Translations under genes and position numbers: made by a program
The notes under the pieces: model-generated
Databases searched by the model: none
What the model was told of the DNA's origin: nothing
The model's input: only the letters and a program-made list of their open reading frames with translations
In this document: in pieces, positions 1 through 12,618 of the stretch
Layout: each line of letters begins with the position of its first letter
Numbering within the stretch: position 1 is the first letter of the stretch
DNA from: an uncultured Actinomycetes bacterium
Lineage (GTDB): Bacteria; Actinomycetota; Acidimicrobiia; IMCC26256; PALSA-610
Reading direction: 5' to 3'
DNA length: 64,000 nt
Assembly: GCA_963745645.1 (NCBI GenBank)
Contig: CAVUYD010000009.1
Coordinates: 78,774 to 142,773, forward strand

Positions 1-2891
<2,891 letters not shown>

Positions 2892-3013
2892 TCAGCGTGG
2901 AGAGTGAGGAACTGAACCGACGCTACCCACCCGCGACGTAAGCACCCGCGTCGGCGCCCGCGGGCGCGCCCGATGTCGCGGCGCGCGCGCGCGGGGCCGG
3001 TACGGTCGCCCCC

Positions 3014-3833
3014 ATGCCACCGCCGAGTCCCGCGACTCCTGATGATGCCCGCCGCGTCGGCGCCGAGGCGGTTCATCGGCTTCGGCGCTCGGTTGCCGAA
3101 CGGATCGCCGACCTGCTCGCACACGATCCCGATCGTGTGGCCAAGGCTGTCGAGCTCGGTCTTCTACGTCGCGAGTGGCTCGAGGATCCGGGCGAAGAGC
3201 ACTTCACGACCGCGGGTCCCATCGACGTGCTGGAACGGCTGCTGGAGCGAACGGTCGAGCAGCGGCCCTCGACGCTCGCCGCGCTTGGCCTCTCGACGAT
3301 TCAGGTCCTCGCGGCCGGGGTCGACGACGCTTCCGGGGAAGGGAGGCTCGACGTCCTCACGGTGGCGTTCACCGATCTCGAGGGCTTCACTCGTTTCACG
3401 GCCCGGAATGGCGACGATGCGGCGAGTCGTCTGCTGGTGGAGCACCAACGGGTGGTCGGGCCCATCGTGCGCAGAGAGGACGGTCGGGTCGTCAAGTCCT
3501 TGGGCGACGGATTTCTGCTCACGTTCCCGAGCCCGCAAGCCGCTGTGTTGGCAGGTCTCGAACTCGCCGACGAACGACCCGAGCCGCTACGCCTGCGCAT
3601 CGGCATGCATCACGGCGAGGTGCATGTACGGACGCGACCACGATGTCGTCGGGAAGGTTGTGAACACCGCGGCGCGAGTCACCGAGGTCGCACGTGGCGG
3701 CGAAGTCCTCGCCACGGCTGCGATTCGCGACGAGGTCGGCGAGCTACCCGGTGTGTCGTTCGGCCGCTTGCGGCATCGCAGGCTCAAGGGCATCGACGAG
3801 CGGGTGCGCGTCTGTCCGATCCGACGCACGTAA
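3014..3833 (+). CDS. Class III adenylate/guanylate cyclase domain protein (frameshift near 3630)
   Basis: VAFTDLEGFT, VKSLGDGFLL, LRIGMHHGEV, then DVVGKVVNTAARV and LKGI in the second frame. Confidence 0.9.
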
Positions 3834-3968
3834 CGACTCGCGAAATCACCGACGCGCGACTCTGCCCTGCCGTGGAACCCGGCCCATCGTCGCTTGCACC
3901 ACTTCTTCGTCGGTGGTGCCCTGAGCGCCGAAGCTCCCATCGCCGCCCGTCGTTCCCGCGCGTGTCGG

Positions 3969-4888
3969 TCAAGCGGCGAACCGGGCCCAGTCGCCCGATT
4001 CGTGGACTGTCCGTCGTCGGCGACGAGGAGACCGGCCGCGTCGTGGGCCGCGAGCAGTGCCGCACCGTCGACCGGACCCGCGAGGAACGCGGCCTTGGCG
4101 AGCACCTCGGCCTGCCAGGCCCGCCCGGTGATGACGGTGACGCCCGCGAGCCCGCTCGCGGCCGGGAGTCCGGTCGCCGGATCGATCAGGTGGTGTCGCG
4201 GCGTCCCGTCCGGCGCGGTCCAGGCGCGCTTCGTGCGCCACGTCGAGGCCACGGCGCCGGCGTCGAGCGCGATGGTGCCGACAACCCGCTCGGCGTCGTT
4301 CGGGTCGGCGATCGCGACGACCCACCCGTCGCCTTCCGGAGCGACGCCCTCGACGCGCAGGTCACCACCGACGTTCACCAGCGCGCCGCGCGCACCCTCG
4401 GCGAGCATGAGCTCGACGACGAGATCCGCGGCGAGGCCCTTGCCGATCCCGCCCGGGTCGATCTCGACTCCGGACCCAGCCACACCGTGCCGGCGATGGG
4501 GTCGAGCGGGATCTGCTCGGCGCCCGAGCGGGTCGACAGGAGCGGGCCGGTGGCGCGGCCATCCGTGCGATGGCGCCCCGCCCGAACATTGCTCGACGGC
4601 AGCGAGCTCGAAGGACCGGTCGTAGCCGGCGGCACGCAGCTCGCGCAGCAGCGTCGGGTCGAAGCGGCCCGCCGTGAGGCGCCAGCCGTCGAGCGCGCGC
4701 TCGATGAGCTCGTAGGTGTCGGGCGAGACGAGCACCGGGACGCCCGGCCGCTCGTTGAGGCGACTGATCTCGCTGTCGGGCCGAAACCGGCTCCAGCGAG
4801 CCTCCAGCTCCTCGAGCCGCGCGACCGCGCGGTCGGCGAGTCCCGACGGGCCGTCGGTCACGATGACGTGCGCAGTGGTGCCCATCAC
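3969..4888 (-). CDS. apbE: FAD:protein FMN transferase (ApbE family)
   Basis: MGTT, WSRFRPDSEISRLN, FDPT, IDPGGIGKG, VNVGGDL, HHLIDPATG, AEVLAKA; probable frameshift near the C-terminus. Confidence 0.93.
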
Positions 4889-4936
4889 TTCGACGATTCG
4901 CTCTTCGTGCTCATGCCACCATCCAACGCCAGAGCC

Positions 4937-4977
4937 CGTGAAGCCCGAGCGAGCGGTGAGATGAAGCTGCCGTGAAG
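4937..4977 (-). promoter_or_regulatory. Putative OmpR/PhoB-type response regulator binding site upstream of apbE
   Basis: Minus strand CTTCACGGCAG CTTCATCTCACCG CTCGCTCGG G CTTCACG; same 41-bp layout as 6835-6875. Confidence 0.6.
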
Positions 4978-4979
4978 GC

Positions 4980-6097
4980 TCAGGCGTCGACTCCGGGCTC
5001 GTCGGAGCGGGCCATCGGGAGCGTGAGGGTGAAGACGGAACCGGCGCCGACGCCGGGGGACGCGACCTCGATGTCGCCGTGGTGCGCGCGGGCGAGTCCC
5101 CGGGCGATCGTCAGCCCGATGCCGCTGCCGCCCGGACGGGCGCACGGGCTCGTGCACCCGGTAGAAGCGGTCGAAGACGAGCTCGAGGTCCTCGGGCGAG
5201 AGCCCGATGCCGGTGTCGCTGACGGCGACCGCGGCGCGGTCGTGGTCGCGGCTCGCCCGCACCTCGACGCGGCCCCCGGTCGGCGTGTAGGTGAGCGCGT
5301 TCCCGAGGAGGTTGGTGAGCACCTGGGCGATCCGGTCGGGATCGACCTCGACGGGCAGCGGTGGCCCGCTCTGCACCCCGAGGCGTCACGCCCTTCTCGT
5401 CGAACTGCGGCCGCAGGCGCTCGGCGGTGGTTGCGACGAGGTCCCCGAGGTCGACGACCCGCAGGTGGAGCACGATCGCGCCTTCCTCGGAGCGCGAGAG
5501 CTCGGCGAGGTCCGAGGCGAGCCGCTGCAGCCGGGATGCCTCCTCGCCGACGGCGACCAGCACCTCTTCGTTCGGCTCGAACACGCCGTCGAGCATGCCT
5601 TCGACGTAGCCCTCGATCGTCGTCAGCGGCGTGCGCATCTCGTGGGCGACCTCCGAGACCAGCCGGGCCCGGCGGCGCTCGGTCGTCTCGAGCTCGACGG
5701 CCAGCCGGTTGACATCGCGCGCCAGCTCGGCGAGCTCGAGCTCGCCCGGCTCGGTGACCCGCTCGTCGTAGTGCCCGTTCGCCAGCCGGCGGGTCGCGTC
5801 GCGCACCTCGCGCACCGGACGGACGATTCTGCGGGCGACGAGCGACGACACGATCGCCGCCGCGCCGAGGCTCGCGGCCAGCGCGATCCAGAGCGATGAG
5901 TCGAGCGAGTCGACGAGCACGTTGTGCGACTCGCGCTCGTCGCCCTCGCCCCCGGACCCGGCGATCGTCTTGATGTCGTCGTCGAAGCGAGCCGGCGCCA
6001 CGACGCGGACGGTCACCGCGAGCGCCGCGAAGACGACGAGCGCGACCAGCGCGTACGAGGCGAACAGGCGAACGTCGAGCCGGCGCCAGAGCCTCAT
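4980..6097 (-). CDS. Membrane sensor histidine kinase (HAMP-HisKA-HATPase, BaeS-like), frameshifted
   Basis: Two TM helices, HAMP, VAHEMRTPLT H-box, NLLGNAL N-box, DTGIG, GSGIGL. Confidence 0.93.
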
Positions 6098-6794
6098 GTC
6101 GGTGATCCCGAGGAACTTGTAGCCCACGCCGCGCACGGTGCCGATCAGCTCCGGATCGTCGGCGCTGTCGCCGAGCTCCTTGCGGATGCTCCGGATGTGC
6201 ACGTCGACGACCCGCTCGTCGCCGAAGAAGTCGAAGCCCCACACCTTCTCGAGCAGCTGGCGGCGGGTGAGCACGCGCCCGGGCGCGCGCGCGAGCGCGA
6301 CGAGGAGGTCGAACTCGAGCGTGCTGAGCGTGACCGCTCGCACCGTTCCGTTCGACCTCACGAGCGCCGACGTCGATGACGAGTCCGTCGAAGATCATCC
6401 GGTCGGCGGTGTCGAGTGCCGGACCGCCGGCGGTCCGGCGCAGCACGGTCTTGATGCGAGCGACGAGCTCGCGGGGGCTGAACGGCTTCGTGACGTAGTC
6501 GTCGGCGCCCACGGAGAGCCCGACGAGCGTGTCGACCTCCTCGGAGCGAGCGGTGAGCAGGATGACCGGGACCTCCGATGTCGGTGCGCAGCCGGCGCAA
6601 GCACCTCGATCCCGTCGGTGCCCGGCATCATCACGTCGAGCACGACGAGATCGGGACGCCAGTCGCGTGCCGTCGTGCAGCGCGGCGTCGCCGTCGCGCG
6701 CTTCGGCGACGTCGAAGCCGTCGCTCTCGAGGTAGCTCCGAACGATCTCCCGGATCCGATCCTCGTCGTCGACGACGAGGATGCGCTTCGCCAC
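6094..6794 (-). CDS. OmpR-family response regulator, frameshifted
   Basis: ILVVDDE, LDVMMPG, GADDYVTKPF, EFDLL, VDVHIRSIRKEL, TVRGVGY. Confidence 0.93.
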
Positions 6795-6834
6795 GGCGGC
6801 CAGGGTACGCCGACACGCTCGGCGACCTCGTCAC

Positions 6835-6875
6835 CTTCACGGACACTTCACGGAGATCTCGCTCGGACCTTCACG
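6835..6875 (+). promoter_or_regulatory. Putative response regulator binding site (11-bp-period direct repeats)
   Basis: CTTCACGGACA CTTCACGGAGAT CTCGCTCGG AC CTTCACG in the divergent intergenic region. Confidence 0.62.
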
Positions 6876-6948
6876 TCCTGCTGTTGTCTGAGGCAACGAA
6901 GTTCGGCAGGCGAGCCGTTCCGGCCTGAAGAACGCAGAGGAGCGAGCG

Positions 6949-7225
6949 ATGCAGAGGAAGACCGCAGTCGCCGCCGCAAGTGCGATCTCGATGAGCCTCG
7001 TCGCCGCGACGATCGCCATCGGCGCGAACCTCGGCGCACTCGGGTTCGCGTCGTCATCGACCGCAGCACCGGTGCGACCGAACGCGGTGATCGTTTCGAC
7101 CAATCCCGCGGCAACGAGCTCGACCCGCACAGGATCGACGCGAGAGCGGCGAGCGCGAGCACGAATCCGGTACGGCAACGACGCCGCGGAGCGTCCAAGG
7201 AGAAGGACACGGATCCGATGACTGA
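6949..7225 (+). CDS. Small secreted or membrane-anchored Ser/Thr-rich protein, probably ending GEGHGSDD after one frameshift
   Basis: GAGGAG RBS, signal-like N-terminus MQRKTAVAAASAISMSLVAA; stop overlaps the next start (ATGACTGA). Confidence 0.6.
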
Positions 7226-7655
7226 CCACGTCAACGACTTCGACCAGGCCGAGCGGATCCGGAGACTCCAGGAGCGCCGTGCGGCTTCTCGTCGCTCGCC
7301 GGTGCCCGCCGCGGCGGAGAGCACCCCGCCGGGCGAGCGCGCGAGTCGGCCGCTCCTGCGGTGTCGCGAACCGCGTCCACGCGGTCGGCCGGACGGAGCC
7401 GGCGGCGTCACCCGGCGGCAGCCACCCGCTGGCTGCTCGGCGGGCTGAGCGTCGCTTCGTTCTTCGGCGATCGCCGGGACCGTGGCCGCCGCGAACGCGA
7501 ACTCCGTCGCGGCGCCGGCCTCGACCAACGCGACCTCGACCGCGCCCACCGCGACGTCGCCGGCCGCAGCGACACCGGCGACGAGCGCGACGAGCGCGAC
7601 GAGCGCGACGACACACGCGACCCGAGCGCCGCACACCACGACACGCGGCAGCTGA
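7218..7655 (+). CDS. Single-TM protein with Ala/Thr/Ser-rich tail ending HTTTRGS (frameshifted)
   Basis: MTDHVNDFDQAERIRRL..., RRRHPAAATRWLLGGLSVASFFAIAG TM, ATS repeats, stop at 7653-7655. Confidence 0.65.
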
Positions 7656-7680
7656 GCCGTCGTCCCAGTAGGCTCCGCGC

Positions 7681-8241
7681 GTGCGTTCACAGACATGGTG
7701 GTACACGGCGCGGGCCGGAGGGATCGTCGCCTGGGCGCTCGCCTCGCTCGCGGTCGTCGGTGGTCTGCAGCTCTCGACGCGGCTCGTTCGCAAGCCCGCG
7801 CCCAGCTGGGTGCTCGACGTACACCGATTCCTCGGCGGCCTCTCGGTGGCGTTCGTCGGCGTGCACCTGCTTGGTCTCGGTCTCGACCACTTCATCGGCT
7901 TCGGGCCGGCAGACTTCCTCGTGCCGTTCGTCTCGAGCTACAAGCCCGCGGCCGTCGCGCTCGGTGTGGTCGGGATGTACCTGCTCCTCGCAATCGAGAT
8001 CACGTCGCTCGCGATGCGCAGGATGCCGCGTCGCACCTGGCACGCGGTGCACCTCACGAGCTTCGTCGTCTTCGTCGTCGCTACGATGCATGGCCTCACA
8101 GCCGGCACCGATCGGCGCAACGCTGTCTTCCAGTGGGCCTGCATTCTCACGGCGGGCCTTGTGCTCATGATGACGCTGGTACGGATCTGGTCGCCGCGTC
8201 GCGCCCCACGTGCGGCATCAAGCGCGAGCGACTCGTCATGA
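7681..8241 (+). CDS. Ferric reductase-like / MsrQ-like heme-b transmembrane protein
   Basis: WYTARAGG, LDVHRFLG, VHLL, WHAVHLTS, MHGLTAGTD: His-containing TM helices. Confidence 0.88.
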   Translation: MRSQTWWYTARAGGIVAWALASLAVVGGLQLSTRLVRKPAPSWVLDVHRFLGGLSVAFVGVHLLGLGLDHFIGFGPADFLVPFVSSYKPAAVALGVVGMYLLLAIEITSLAMRRMPRRTWHAVHLTSFVVFVVATMHGLTAGTDRRNAVFQWACILTAGLVLMMTLVRIWSPRRAPRAASSASDSS

Positions 8242-8256
8242 CGTGCGCCGCGTGCA

Positions 8257-8880
8257 CTACGAGGGCTTGGCCCACGCCCGCACGCCCGCGCGCAGTGAGG
8301 CCTCGGTGGCGGCCACGAAGCGCGCGTCGAGGCGACTGTTCCCGTCCTCGATCCACACGAGCACGGCTTCGATGAGGTACGCGGTCGTCGCGCGCGCCGC
8401 CCAGCGCGCGTGTTCGGGCTCGACGATGGGAGTGAGCGCCTCCTGGGTGATTCGATGCACCTGCGCTCGGGCCGCGGCGGCATACCGCGCGAACTCTGGT
8501 TCTCGTGCCGCATGCCGCCAAAGCACGCGAAACGCCGAGTCGTCGGCCCGCGCCGCCGCGAGCACCGTCGCCGGCGTTGGGCCGTAACGCCCCCTCGCGC
8601 CCTCCACCGACAGGGCTCGTGTGAGGACATCGATGGCGCGCTCGAGCACTGTCTCGTACAGGCACTCCTTCGATTCGAAATGGCGGTACACGATCAAATG
8701 GGAGACGCCGCACGCGCGTGCGATGTCCGCCATGGACGTTGCGTTGTAGCCTCCGCCGGCGAATGCGACAGTCGCGGCGTCGACGATCGCTGTCCGTCGC
8801 TCGGTTCGGCCGAGACGCTTGTGTGGCGCCGACACCATGATCAGGTGTGCCGCTCGGCGAACAGCCGCGCGTTGTTCCAT
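8257..8880 (-). CDS. TetR/AcrR family transcriptional regulator
   Basis: RRTAIVDAA..F...GYNATSMADIARACGVSHLIVYRHFESKECL HTH. Confidence 0.92.
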   Translation of the reverse strand: MEQRAAVRRAAHLIMVSAPHKRLGRTERRTAIVDAATVAFAGGGYNATSMADIARACGVSHLIVYRHFESKECLYETVLERAIDVLTRALSVEGARGRYGPTPATVLAAARADDSAFRVLWRHAAREPEFARYAAAARAQVHRITQEALTPIVEPEHARWAARATTAYLIEAVLVWIEDGNSRLDARFVAATEASLRAGVRAWAKPS

Positions 8881-9341
8881 GACAGGATGCGGCCGTCGGG
8901 AACGAGCTCGATCGTGCTCACCTCGACGTCGTAGCGCGCTCTCGTCGCGCCGGGCATGTCTGCGCGTGGCGTTCGAAATCGCGCGTACTTCTCGTGCAGC
9001 GCCGCCGCGACCTTCTCCGCCAGTGCTGCATCCTCGACAATCGTCGCGCGGCCGGTGATCTGTACGCCCACGAGCTCGATCCAGTAGTCGCCCGACTCGA
9101 CCAGAAACGAGGCACGCGGGTCACGTCGTATGCGCGCGAACTTCCACGTGTGCGCCGGCCCGCTGACATAGATCCGTCGGTCGATCACGACGAACCACAC
9201 CGGCAAAGAGATCGGCACGCCGTCGCGGCGCAGCGTCGTGAGCACGCCCGTGTGTGCGCGCGCGAGCACGTCCCAGGCTTCCTCGGCCGTCAAGCGCACG
9301 CTTCGTACCACGGTGCCTCTCTCGTCCGGGGCGCGATCCAC
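8841..9341 (-). CDS. Pyridoxamine 5'-phosphate oxidase-like (PPOX / F420-binding split barrel) protein
   Basis: GVLTTLRRDGVPISLPVWF, KFARIRRDPRASFLVESG, LSWNN. Confidence 0.88.
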   Translation of the reverse strand: MDRAPDERGTVVRSVRLTAEEAWDVLARAHTGVLTTLRRDGVPISLPVWFVVIDRRIYVSGPAHTWKFARIRRDPRASFLVESGDYWIELVGVQITGRATIVEDAALAEKVAAALHEKYARFRTPRADMPGATRARYDVEVSTIELVPDGRILSWNNARLFAERHT

Positions 9342-9379
9342 GAGCGATGTTTGTTACATGGCGATGTTACTCTCGGGTC

Positions 9380-10738
9380 GTGAAGTTCGGCTTGTTCTAC
9401 GAGCACCAAGTGCCCCGTCCATGGCAGGACGGCGACGAACGACGAGTGTTCGGGGAGGCGCTCGAGCAGATCGAGTTCGCGGACCGCCTCGGCTTCGAGA
9501 CCGTCTGGCTCGTCGAGCACCACTTCCTCGAGGAGTACTCGCACTCGAGCGCTCCGGAGCTGTTTCTCGCGGCGGCCTCGCAGCGCACGCGCCGGATCCG
9601 CCTCGGGCACGGCATCGTGCACTCCCTACCGGCGATCAATCATCCGGCGCGCGTGGCCGAGCGCATCGCGACCCTGGACCTGCTCTCCGATGGACGCGTC
9701 GAGTTCGGCACCGGCGAGGGGTCCGCGGCTGCAGAGCTCGATGCGTTCGGCATCGATCCCACGGCCAAACGCGACATGTGGGAGGAAGGTGTGCGTGTCA
9801 CGTTGCGGTGTCTCACCGAGACCCCGTTCACCGGTCATGTCGGACCGCACGTTCGGATGCCTCCCCGGAACGTCGTCCCCAAGCCGTTCCAGCGGCCGCA
9901 TCCGCCCGTGTGGGTCGCGTGCAGTCGCCGCGAGACGATTCGCCTCGCGGCGCAGAAGGGCATCGGTGCGCTCGGGTTTGCGTTCTTCGATCCGGAGGAG
10001 GCGCGGACTTGGGTCGATGACTACTACTCGACGCTGGCGAACGAGGGCGTCCCGATCGGCGACGCGGTAAATGCCAATCTCGCGTGCGTGACATCGTTCT
10101 TCTGCCACCCGGATGAGGACGAGGCGATCCGACGTGGGGCGGAGGGTGTGAACTTCATCGGCTACTCCCTCGGGCACTACTACGTGTTCGGCAGACACCG
10201 GCCCGGGTTCGGAAGTCTCTGGGAGGATTACCAGCAACGTCGCGCCGAACACGGTTACGACCCGGACGCGGTCGCGCTCGCCGCGGGGAGGAGTGACCGG
10301 CTCGGTGCGAAGGCGGTTGCCGAGGGGACCAGTGGTTTGCGTGGCGCGATGGGCACACCCGACCAGGTGCGCGACTACCTGCGCCGTTACGAGGCCTGCG
10401 GGGTCGACCAAGTGATCCTCTCCTGCGCGGCGGGTCGCAATCGGCACGAACACATCATGGAGACGCTGGATCTGTTTGCGCGCGAGGTGATGCCGGAATT
10501 CGTCGAACGGGCCGAACAACACGAGCGCGACAAAGCTGCGCGTCTCGAACCGGTGATCGCCGCGGTGATGGCCCGCAAGCCGGCTCGCGATCACCCGGCG
10601 CTCGACTCCGACTACGAGATCCCCGCGTATCCCCGCCTCGATGCCGACCGTGACGAGAGCGGCAGATTCCACCGCTGGCTCGACGACTACGGCGCACGTA
10701 TCGCCGCCGGTGAAGACGTCAGCAAGCGGCTCGCCTGA
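9380..10738 (+). CDS. LLM-class (luciferase-like) flavin-dependent oxidoreductase
   Basis: KFGLFYEHQ, WLVEHHFLEEYSHSSAPE, RVAERIATLDLLSDGRVEFGTG, PKPFQRPHPPVW. Confidence 0.93.
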   Translation: MKFGLFYEHQVPRPWQDGDERRVFGEALEQIEFADRLGFETVWLVEHHFLEEYSHSSAPELFLAAASQRTRRIRLGHGIVHSLPAINHPARVAERIATLDLLSDGRVEFGTGEGSAAAELDAFGIDPTAKRDMWEEGVRVTLRCLTETPFTGHVGPHVRMPPRNVVPKPFQRPHPPVWVACSRRETIRLAAQKGIGALGFAFFDPEEARTWVDDYYSTLANEGVPIGDAVNANLACVTSFFCHPDEDEAIRRGAEGVNFIGYSLGHYYVFGRHRPGFGSLWEDYQQRRAEHGYDPDAVALAAGRSDRLGAKAVAEGTSGLRGAMGTPDQVRDYLRRYEACGVDQVILSCAAGRNRHEHIMETLDLFAREVMPEFVERAEQHERDKAARLEPVIAAVMARKPARDHPALDSDYEIPAYPRLDADRDESGRFHRWLDDYGARIAAGEDVSKRLA

Positions 10739-10856
10739 GAACGGAGCGGCGTGAGTCGTGACCACGGTGGGACCTTCGCCTCTAACTCCGTGTTGGCTGC
10801 GCGGGGCACAATTGCGGCGTCGCGAACGAGTGTCCCGTGGCAAATGGAGGACATCA

Positions 10857-11297
10857 ATGACAGCAACCATTGACGCGCAGTCGATCGGACCGGTCGATGT
10901 AGCCGTGATCGCCTTCGTTGGTGATGCGTTCACCGGTGAGCTCGCACCGGCACTGCGAGAGTTGATTGACTCCGGCACGGTCCGGATCATCGACCTGGCG
11001 TTCGTCCGCAAGGCGCTCGACGGAACGACATCGTCGGTCGAAGTCATTGACACCGACATCGCAGCCGCGTTCGGCGGGCTGGAGGACGAGCAGCAGGATC
11101 TCCTGAACGACGATGACCTCGTCATGATCGCAGAGTCGCTGGAGCCCGCGAGCGCTGCACTCGTCATCGTCTGGGAGAACTGTTGGGCGGCGAAGTTCGC
11201 CCAAGCGGTGCGACGGGCGAACGGGATGCTCGTGAGCCAAGACCGGATACCGCACGAGACCGTCGTGCGCGCCATCGAAGCACTGCAGAGCGAGTAG
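10857..11297 (+). CDS. DUF6325-like actinobacterial protein
   Basis: GPVDVAVIAF.GDAFTGELAPAL..L...GTVRIIDL, LVIVWENCWA; GGAGG RBS. Confidence 0.8.
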   Translation: MTATIDAQSIGPVDVAVIAFVGDAFTGELAPALRELIDSGTVRIIDLAFVRKALDGTTSSVEVIDTDIAAAFGGLEDEQQDLLNDDDLVMIAESLEPASAALVIVWENCWAAKFAQAVRRANGMLVSQDRIPHETVVRAIEALQSE

Positions 11298-11306
11298 GAG
11301 AGATCA

Positions 11307-11654
11307 ATGCCTCGTCGAATGGGACGTCCCGGGCTCATGGGCACCATGGCCCGCACCGCGGTGATCGCGGGGACCGCGACCGCCGTGTCCGGCAGCATGC
11401 GGCGCAACCAACAGCAGAAGGCTGCTGCGCAACAGGCCTCAACGGCCGACCAACAGCAAGCGATGGTGGACCAGGCTGCAGCGCAGGCCGCGCAACAAGT
11501 CCAAGCACAGCAGGCCGCAGCAGCCGCGCCGGCTCCGAACGCCGCCGGCGATCCGGTCGCGAAGATCCGCGAGCTCGGCGAGCTGAAGCAGCAAGGCTTG
11601 CTCAGCGATGAAGAATTCACGGCCGCGAAGGCGCAAATCCTCGGGACGGCATGA
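11307..11654 (+). CDS. SHOCT domain-containing protein
   Basis: ARTAVIAGTATAV, Gln/Ala linker, LGELKQQGLLSDEEFTAAKAQIL. Confidence 0.88.
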   Translation: MPRRMGRPGLMGTMARTAVIAGTATAVSGSMRRNQQQKAAAQQASTADQQQAMVDQAAAQAAQQVQAQQAAAAAPAPNAAGDPVAKIRELGELKQQGLLSDEEFTAAKAQILGTA

Positions 11655-11693
11655 TCGGAGTCGAAGCATGACGTACGCGTACGGTGGTCGATC

Positions 11694-12601
11694 ATGAGGT
11701 CGTCGTTCGAGCCCCAGCAGGTTGCAATTCACGGACACCAAATCGCGTACCGCGCGGGTGGCTCCGGACCCGTTCTCATCCTCGTGCACGGCATGGCCGG
11801 GAGTTCCGCGACGTGGCGCTTCGTGCTGCCCGCGCTCGCTGAGCGTTACACCGTCATCGCTCCCGACCTCGTCGGCCACGGTGACTCGGCCAAGCCACGC
11901 GGCGATTACTCGCTCGGCGGCTTCGCCAACAACTTGCGCGACCTGATGGTCGCGCTCGGTCACGATCGGGCGACGGTCGTCGGTCAGTCGCTCGGCGGTG
12001 GTATCGCGATGCGAATTCGCGTACCAATTCCCGGAACGCTGCGAACGACTTGCGCTCGTTTCGAGTGGCGGGCTCGGCCAAGATGTGAATCTGCTGCTGC
12101 GGGCGCTCACACTTCCCGGTGCCGAGTACGTGCTCCCGTTCGCGTGTACCAACTGGGTCCACGATCTCGGAACCTCTGTAGCCGGCTGGCTCCGTGACCT
12201 CGGACTGCGGCCGAGTCGACACCTCGTCGAGATATGGGAAAGCTACGGGTCGCTCGCAGACGCGGAAGCGCGCGTCGCGTTCTTGCACACGCTCCGATCC
12301 GTGATCGATCAAGCCGGGCAGCGCGTGTGAGCGCCACGGACCGTCTGTACCTCGCGGCCGGTGTCCCAACACTCATCGTGTGGGGAAGCAACGATCGGAT
12401 CATCCCTGTACAGCAGGCGTACAGCGTGCACGACGCGATCCCGGGAGCCGCCTCGAGATCTTCGAGGGCGCCGGTCACTTCCCGCAATGCGAAGACCCGC
12501 AGCGCTTCGTCGAAGTCCTCGTCGACTTCATGACGTCGACGGCTCCGGCCACCCCGGCTTCGTCCGCCTGGCAAGACCGACTGCACGCCGCGAGCCAGTA
12601 A
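11694..12601 (+). CDS. Alpha/beta fold hydrolase (about three frameshifts)
   Basis: LVHGMAGSS, PDLVGHGDS, GQSLGGG nucleophile elbow, AGHFPQ. Confidence 0.9.
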
Positions 12602-12618
12602 CTCCGGACGAGGCAACC

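Noticed and set aside
5111-6361. Apparent in-frame response regulator-kinase fusion
   Set aside because: The junction contains ATGA, the usual stop/start overlap; one indel explains the fusion
7570-7612. 9-bp tandem repeat GCGACGAGC
   Set aside because: Encodes the Ala-Thr-Ser low-complexity linker
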